DNA of 64,000 nucleotides, from assembly GCA_964016885.1 (NCBI GenBank), contig OZ024756.1, forward strand, positions 32,364,001 to 32,428,000, in the 5' to 3' direction. The stretch is from Eledone cirrhosa (Eukaryota). Positions 55,180 to 64,000 of this stretch are shown here, one piece after another. Within the stretch, counting starts at the first letter, position 1; each line of letters opens with the position of its first letter. The notes beneath the pieces were generated by a model that saw only the letters and a list, made by a program, of their open reading frames with translations, made no database searches and had not been told where the DNA came from. Both the position numbers and the translations under genes were made by a program.

Positions 55180-56480
55180 GTGTAAATGACCAGATAGAGC
55201 ACATGCTAACGAGCAAATGACCAGGTACACTACACGATAATGTCTATATGATCTGTCAGACCAGACGCTAGGGAGTAAATGACCATGTAAACCACATGCT
55301 AATGTCTAAATGACCAGGTAGACTATTGTTAAAGTTTAACTGATCAGGATGACCACACCTAAAATGTAAATGACAATGGTTAGGGTTAGTTTTTTACAGC
55401 TGAGAGGCCACACCGCAAAGTTTAAATGACCAGGTAGACCACACGCTTATGTGTCAATGACCACATGCTTATGTGTGAAAGACCAGGTAGACCACATGCT
55501 AATGTGTGAAAAAGCAGGTAGACCACATGCTTATGTGTAAATGACCATGTAGACCAAACACTAAAATGTAACTGACCAGCTAGATTCGCGGTAGGGTGTA
55601 AATGACCAGGTAGACGAAACACTAAAATGTAAACGACCAGCTAGACTAGGAAGACAACACACTAAAATGTAACCGACCAGCTAAACTCATGCTTGACCAG
55701 GTAGACCACACACTAAAATATAACCGACCAGCTAGACTCATGCTTGACCAGGTAGACCACACACTAAAATGTAACCAACAAGCTAGACTCCCGCTTGACC
55801 AGGTAGACCACACACTAAAATGTAACCAACAAGCTAGACTCCCGCTTGACCAGGTAGACCACACACTAAAATGTAACCAACAATCTAGATTCCCGCTTGA
55901 TCAGGTAGACCACACACTAAAATGTAACCAACAAGCTAGACTCCCGCTTGACCAGGTAGACTACACACTAAAATGTAACCAACAAGCTAGACTCCCGCTT
56001 GACCAGGTAGACTACACACTAAAATGTAACCAACAAGCTAGACTCCCGCTTGACCAGGTAGACCACACACTAAAATGTAACCAACAAGCTAGATTCCCGC
56101 TTGACCAGGTAGACTACACACTAAAATGTAACCAACAAACTAGACTCCCGCTTGACCAGGTTCATGAAACACTAAAATGTAACCAACAAACTAGACTCCT
56201 GCTTGACCAGGTAGACCACACACTGAAATGTAACCAACAAGCTAGACTCCCGCTTGACCAGGTTTATGAAACACTAAAATGTAACCAACAAACTAGACTC
56301 CTGCTTGACCAGGTAGACCACACACTGAAATGTAACCAACAAGCTAGACTCCCGCTTGACCAGGTAGACCACACACTAAAATGTAACCAACAAGCTAGAC
56401 TCCCGCTTCACCAGGTAGATGAAACACTAACATGTAAACGACTAGTTAGACTCACGCTGGAGTGTAAATGACGAGATAGT
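55180..56480. repeat. 51-bp minisatellite (~15 copies, 55690-56460) preceded by degenerate ~30-bp units
   Basis: Unit GCTTGACCAGGTAGACCACACACTAAAATGTAACCAACAAGCTAGACTCCC. Confidence 0.95.
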
Positions 56481-56736
56481 CTACACACTTAAGGGGACTC
56501 TGTATTTTGTAGTTTCCGTTTGTTCGAATGTGTTCATTGAAGCTTCAGAACTAGATTCATGTCTTTCAAACTGAAATCCTTCGTGGATAATAGGGACGTC
56601 ACAGCCTGCCGCTCCAGCCAGTACCATCCAACCGGTTATGGGTAATGTGAGCGTTATATCAGTGTCGTTTGGAGCAGTATAATCTTGTGTGTCTGTGTGC
56701 TTATGTCTGTGTGTGTGTGGATTCCTCTTTCGCTCT

Positions 56737-56740
<4 letters not shown>

Positions 56741-56832
<92 letters not shown>

Positions 56833-58600
56833 CTGTCTCACATACAGTCTCGCTCTCACTCACTCTATCTCACACACACAATCTCTCTCTCACACACAGT
56901 CTGTCTCTCTCACTCTCTCACACACACAATCTCTCTCTCACACACAGTCTGTCTCTCTCACTCTCTTTCTCACTCAGTCTCACACACACACTCTCTCTCT
57001 CAGTCGCACACAAACTCTCTTTTTCACTCAGTCTCACACCCACACTATCTCTCTCTCACTCAGTCTCACACACACACACTCTCTCTCTCTCTCAGTCTCA
57101 CACACACACTCTCTTTTTCACTCAGTCTCACACACACACACACTCTCTCACTCACTCAGTCTCACACACACACTCTCTTTCTCATTCAGTCTCACACACA
57201 CACACACTCTCTCTCTCACTCAGTCTCACACAAACTCTCTTTCTCACTCAGTCTCACACACACACACTCTCTCTCTCACTCAGTCTCACACAGACTCTCT
57301 TTCTCACTCAGTCTCACACACACACTCTCTCTTTCTCACTCAGTCTCACACACACACTCTCTCTCTCGCTCAGTCTCACACACAAACTCTCTCTCTCACT
57401 CAGTCTCACACACACACACACACTCTCTCTCACTCAGTCTCACACACACACTCTCTTTCTCACTCAGTCTCACACACACACACTCTCTCTCACTCAGTCT
57501 CACACAAACTCTCTTTCTCACTCAGTCTCACACACACACTCTCTCTCACTCAGTCTCACACAAACTCTCTCTCTCACTCAGTCTCACACACACACACACA
57601 CTCTGTCTCTCACTCAGTCACACACACATACTCTCTCTCTCACTCAGTCTCACACACACACTCTCTTTCTCACTCAGTCTCACACACACACACTCTCTCT
57701 CTCTCACTCAGTCTCACACACACACTCTCTCTCTCACTCAGTCTCACACACACACACACACTCTCTCTCACTCAGTCTCACACACACACTCTCTTTCTCA
57801 CTCAGTCTCACACACACACACACTCTCTCTCTCACTCAGTCTCACACAAACTCTCTTTCTCACTCAGTCTCACACACACACACTCTCTCTCTCACTCAGT
57901 CTCACACACACACTCTCTTTCTCACTCAGTCTCACACACACACACTCTCTCTCTCTCACTCAGTCTCACACACACACTCTCTCTCTCACTCAGTCTCACA
58001 CACACACACACACTCTCTCTCACTCAGTCTCTCACACACACTCTCTTTCTCACTCAGTCTCACACACACACACACTCTCTCTCTCACTCAGTCTCACACA
58101 AACTCTCTTTCTCACTCAGTCTCACACACACACACACACACTCTCTCTCACTCAGTCTCACACAGACTCTCTTTCTCACTCAGTCTCACACACACACACT
58201 CTCTCTCTCACTCAGTCTCACACACACACTCTCTTTCTCACTCAGTCTCACACACACACACACTCTCTCTCTCTCACTCAGTCTCACACACGCACTCTCT
58301 CTCACTCAGTCTCACACACACACTCTCTCTCTCACTCAATCTCACACACACTCTCTCTCTCTCACTCAGTCTCACACACACACTCTCTCTCTCTCACTCA
58401 GTCTCACACACACACACTCTCTCTCTCACTCAGTCTCACACACACAGTCTCTCTCTCTCACTCTCTCACACACGCAATCTCTCTCTCTCTCTTTCACTCT
58501 CTCACACACGCAATCTCGCTCTCTCTCTCAGTCTCTCTCTCTCACACTCGGTCTCTCCCTCTCTTACTCAGTCTCACATACATACAGTCCCTCTCTCACC
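56741..58600. repeat. (CA)n followed by a composite CTCACTCAGTCT-(CA)n-(CT)n minisatellite
   Basis: Variable-length ~30-bp units over ~1.7 kb. Explains the three overlapping 650-aa ORFs. Confidence 0.95.
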
Positions 58601-58811
58601 CCCCCCCCCCCTCTCTCAGAAGTGAAAGGAAGAAATCCGCTGTGTTCAAACACTGAGCAGGATAGGCTATGCCAGGTTTAGCTATATATACCAATGTTTG
58701 TATATGTATGTATATGTAAGTGTATATATGTATGCACATATTTGTATGTATATGTGTGGGTACGTATACATACATACATGCATGTATGTATATGTGTGTA
58801 AGTATGAATTA

Positions 58812-58845
<34 letters not shown>

Positions 58846-58961
58846 CAACATTGTAAACCTATTCATAATTACCGTTTCCTTCGTCACTCACTTCCCTTCG
58901 ATATCTTAACTCTTTCTCTCTCTTTGTAAGTCCCAATCTCTCCTCTCTCTCTCTCCCTCTC

Positions 58962-58994
<33 letters not shown>

Positions 58995-59103
58995 GTCTAA
59001 GTTGCAGTCTCTCTCTCTCTCTTTCACTCTCTCCCTCTCTCTGTCTAAGTTGCAGTCTCTCTATCTCTCTTTCACTCTCTCCCTCTCTCTGTCTAAATTA
59101 CAG

Positions 59104-59136
<33 letters not shown>

Positions 59137-59175
59137 AAGTCACAGTCTCTCTTTCTCTTCCACACTCTCTCTGAC

Positions 59176-59252
<77 letters not shown>

Positions 59253-59541
59253 CGCTTTTTCTTTCAGTGACTTCTCTTGCTATCTTTCTCAGTTCCATTT
59301 TCTTTCTACCTATCTATCTATCTGTCTATCTATCTATCTATCTATCTATCTACCTATCTATCTATCTGTCTATCTGTCTATCTATCTATCTACCTATCTA
59401 TCTATCTGTCTATCTGTCTATCTATCTGTCACCGTCATACCATATACCGTTTCACGCATTTACACATACACATATCTTTCTTTCGCTTTCTCTCTATCTC
59501 TGTCTCTTCCGCAGTCAGCCTCACCATTTTACACACACACA

Positions 59542-59626
<85 letters not shown>

Positions 59627-59889
59627 CTCTCTCTCTCATTCTCTCTCTCTCTCTCTCATTCTCTCTCTCACTCGCCCTCTCTATCTATATATATAATTCT
59701 TTCCCGGCATCATCATATACACAATCACACTTTCATTTTCTCTCTCGCTCTCTCACTGCCCCCTCTCTCTCTGGCTGTCTGTGTGTCTGTTTGGTACTAT
59801 ATCCTCCATCCCCGCAGTAGTAGTAACATTACAAAGTCTCTACTTCATTAATACATCCAATTTTTATCATCATTACAGAAGCAACAGCA

Positions 59890-62430
59890 TCACCACTACC
59901 ATTTACACCACCAAACATACTACTATTTACACTCGCACAACCACTACCAACACCACTTCCATTTACACCACCAAACATACTACTATTTACACTCGCACAA
60001 CAACTACCAACACCACTACCATTTACACCACCAAACATACTACTATTTACACTCGCACAACAACTACCAACACCACTACCATTTACACCACCAAACATAC
60101 TACTTTTTACACTCGCACAACAACTACCAACACCACTACCATTTACACCACCAAACATACTACTATTTACACTCGCACAACCACTACCAACACCACTACC
60201 ATTTACACCACCAAACATACTACTATTTACACTCGCACAACAACTACCAACACCACTACCATTTACACCACCAAACATACTACTATTTACACTCGCACAA
60301 CAACTACCAACACTACTACCATTTACACCACCAAACATACTACTATTTACACTCGCACAACAACTACCAACACCACTACCATTTACACCACCAAACATAC
60401 TACTTTTTACACTCGCACAACAACTACCAACACCACTACCATTTACACCACGAAACATACTACTATTTACACTCGCACAACCACTACCAACACCACTACC
60501 ATTTACACCACCAAACATACTACTATTTACACTCGCACAACAACTACCAACACTACTTCCATTTACACCACCAAACATACTACTATTTACACTCGCACAA
60601 CAACTACCAACACCACTTCCATTTACGCCACCAAACATACCACTATTTACACTCGCACAACGACAACAACACCACTACCATTTACGCCACCAAATATACT
60701 ACTATTTACACTCGCACAACCACTACCAACACCACTTCCATTTACGCCACCAACCATACTACTATTTACACTCGCACAACCACTACCAACACCACTACCA
60801 TTTACACCACCAAACATACCACTATTTACACTCGCACAACGACAACAACACCACTACCATTTACACCACCAAATATACTACTATTTACACTCGCACAACC
60901 ACTACCAACACCACTTCCATTTACACCACCAAACATACTACTGTTTACACTCGCACAACCACTACCAACACCACTATCATTTACACCACCAAACATACTA
61001 CTATTTACACTCGCACAACCACTACCAACACCACTACCATTTACACCACCAAACATACCACTATTTACACTCGCACAACGACAACAACACCACTACCATT
61101 TACACCACCAAACATACTACTATTTACACTCGCACAACCACTACCAACACCACTTCCATTTACGCCACCAAACATACTACTATTTACACTCGCACAACCA
61201 CTACCAACACCACTACCATTTACACCACCAAACATACCACTATTTACACTCGCACAACGACAACAACACCACTACCATTTACACCACCAAATATACTACT
61301 ATTTACACTCGCACAACCACTACCAACACCACTTCCATTTACACCACCAAACATACTACTATTTACACTCGCACAACCACTACCAACACCACTACCATTT
61401 ACACCACCAAACATACTACTATTTACACTCGCACAACCACTACCAACACCACTACCATTTACACCACCAAACATACTACTATTTACACTCGCACAACCAC
61501 TACCAACACTACTACCATTTACACCACCAAACATACCACTATTTACACTCGCACAACCACTACCAACACCATTTCCATTTAGACCACCAAACATACCACT
61601 ATTTACACTCGCACAACCACTACCAACACCACTTCCATTTACACCACCAAACATACTACTATTTACACTCGCACAACCACTACCAACACCACTACCATTT
61701 ACACCACCAAACATACCACTATTTACACTCGCACAACCACTACCAACACCACTTCCATTTACACCACCAAACATACTACTATTTACACTCGCACAACCAC
61801 TACCAACACCACTACCATTTACACCACCAAACATACCACTATTTACACTCGCACAACGACAACAACACCACTTCCATTTACACCACCAAACATACTACTA
61901 TTTACACTCGCACATCCACTACCAACACCACTACCATTTACACTCGTACAACCACTACCAACACCACTACCATTTACACCACCAAACATACTACTATTTA
62001 CACTCGCACATCCACTACCAACACCACTACCATTTACACTCGTACAACCACTACCAACACCACTACCATTTACACCACCAAACATACTACTATTTACACT
62101 CGCACAACCACTACCAACACCACTACCATTTACACCACCAAACATACTACCATTTACACTCGTACAACCACTACCAACACCACTACCATTTACACCACCA
62201 AACATACTACTATTTACACTCGCACAACCACTACCAACACCACTACCATTTACCCCACCAAACATACTACTATTTACACTCGTACAACCACTACCAACAC
62301 CACTACCATTTACACCACCAAACGTACTACCATTTACACTCGTACAGCCACTACCAACACCACTACCATTTACACCACCAAACATACCACTATTTACACT
62401 CGTACAACCACTAGCAACACCACTACCATT
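59890..62430. repeat. 60-bp minisatellite (~42 copies) with 59-bp and 36-bp variant units
   Basis: Unit CACCACTACCATTTACACCACCAAACATACTACTATTTACACTCGCACAACAACTACCAA, in register with the 60-nt lines. Confidence 0.97.
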
Positions 62431-62779
62431 CACGCTACTGCTATAGTTACTACTACTACTATAGATACACCACCAACACCACTTCTATTAACACTGCCAG
62501 CAACACTACCAACACCACTGGCAACGCTACCATTGACACTATCGCACCATTGGCAACGCTAGAATTAACACTACCAACGCTAGAATTAACACTACCAACA
62601 CTACCATTAACGCTAAGACTGCCATTAACGCCAAGACTACCATTAACACCAACACTATCATTAATAGTAACACCACCACCACTAGTAATACTACCATTAA
62701 ATCTAACCATTACACCACTACCGTTAACACAACCAAAACCACATATACCAATACCATCAACACTACTAATTTTATCATT

Positions 62780-63510
62780 AAACACTAACAACAAAAAGGC
62801 CTACAACACTAACAACAAAAAGGCCTACAACACTAACAACAAAAAGGCTTACAACACTAACAAAAAAAAGGCCTACAACACTAACAACAAAAAGGCCTAC
62901 AACACTAACAACAATAAGGCCTACAACACTAACAACAAAAAGGCCTACAACACTAACAACAAAAAGGCCTACAACACTAACAACAAAAAGGCCTACAACA
63001 CTAACAACAAAAAGGCCTACAACACTAACAACAATAAGGCCTACAACACTAACAACAAAAAGGCCTTCAACACTAACAACAAAAGGCCTACAACACTAAC
63101 AACAAAAAAGCCTACAACACTAACAACAAAAAGGCCTACAACACTAACAACAAAAAGGCCTACAGCACTAACAACAAAAAGGCCTACAACACTAACAACA
63201 AAAAGGCCTACAACACTAACAACAAAAAGGCCTACAACACTAACAACAAAAAAGCCTGCAACACTAACAACAAAAAGGCCTACAACACTAACAACAAAAA
63301 GGCCTACAGCACTAACAACAAAAAGGCCTACAACACTAACAACAAAAAGGCCTACAACACTAACAACAAAAAGGCCTACAACACTAACAACAAAAAGGCC
63401 TACAACACTAACAACAAAAAGGCCTACAACACTAACAACAAAAAGGCCTACAACACTAACAACAAAAAGGCCTACTGCACTAACAACAAAAAGGCCTACA
63501 ATACTAACAA
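62780..63510. repeat. 24-bp minisatellite (~30 copies)
   Basis: Unit AACACTAACAACAAAAAGGCCTAC. Confidence 0.97.
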
Positions 63511-64000
63511 GACCAACATCACTACCAGCAACACTACCAATAACACGAATAGTACCACAAATAAGCCTCCACCAAATTCAACAGCCACAACACCCCGAAC
63601 AAGATCACCAACTTTACTAACACTACCATTAACATTACTAATACCACAACGAAAACCAGCAACATTATCATTAACACTACCACCAACACTACCAACACTA
63701 CTGAAATCCCTTACAAAACCTTTAAAACTACCACCAATAGCATTAACTATCAAATGACCGTCAACCCCATTAAAACTACCACCCATACCATTGACACTAT
63801 CGATAATATCCCAGCACTACCACCAACATCACTAATACTACCATTAATATTGCTAGCACTACCATCAACCCCATTAAAACCGACCACCAACCCAATTAAA
63901 GCCCACCATCACACCAACACCATTAAAAACTACAAACCAACACCATTAAAAACTACAAACCAGTACCATTAAAAACCACCACCAACGACATTAAAAACTA

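Noticed and set aside
55690-56460. CRISPR-like array
   Set aside because: Units are contiguous with no unique spacers, the context is eukaryotic, and there are no cas genes.
56669-58681. Three overlapping ~650-aa His/Ser/Thr/Leu ORFs
   Set aside because: All three frames are open because the CA/CT minisatellite has no stops, and unit lengths are not multiples of 3.
59781-62414. 877-aa ORF as a real mucin-like gene
   Set aside because: It cycles through all three repeat frames at 1-bp deletions and has no convincing start or domain. Kept only as a low-interest possibility.

Overview
AT-rich, microsatellite-saturated metazoan DNA with no recognisable host protein-coding gene. The repeat content resembles an octopus/cephalopod genome (inference). 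Nearly all ORFs in the track are (TA)n/(CA)n/minisatellite artefacts. Supported content: (1) fossil mobile elements, namely an R4/Dong-like restriction-like endonuclease (1-465), two CRE-like C-terminal remnants, a bipartite RTE-like element with a C2H2 finger, a pogo-family DDE transposase and two Penelope-like GIY-YIG remnants; (2) many copies of two tRNA-derived SINE families; (3) large minisatellites in the last 9 kb. The main unannotated signal is a dense population of about 17 intact or near-intact type I hammerhead ribozyme (HHR) motifs from several sequence families, plus half-ribozymes. They sit in short non-coding elements inserted in (TA)n tracts. Two form tandem arrays (310 bp x2; ~515 bp x3) with one minimal, palindromic-loop HHR per unit, which is a retrozyme-like architecture. 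Others form fold-back palindromes centred on ribozyme helices. All structures were read by eye and none has been computed or tested.
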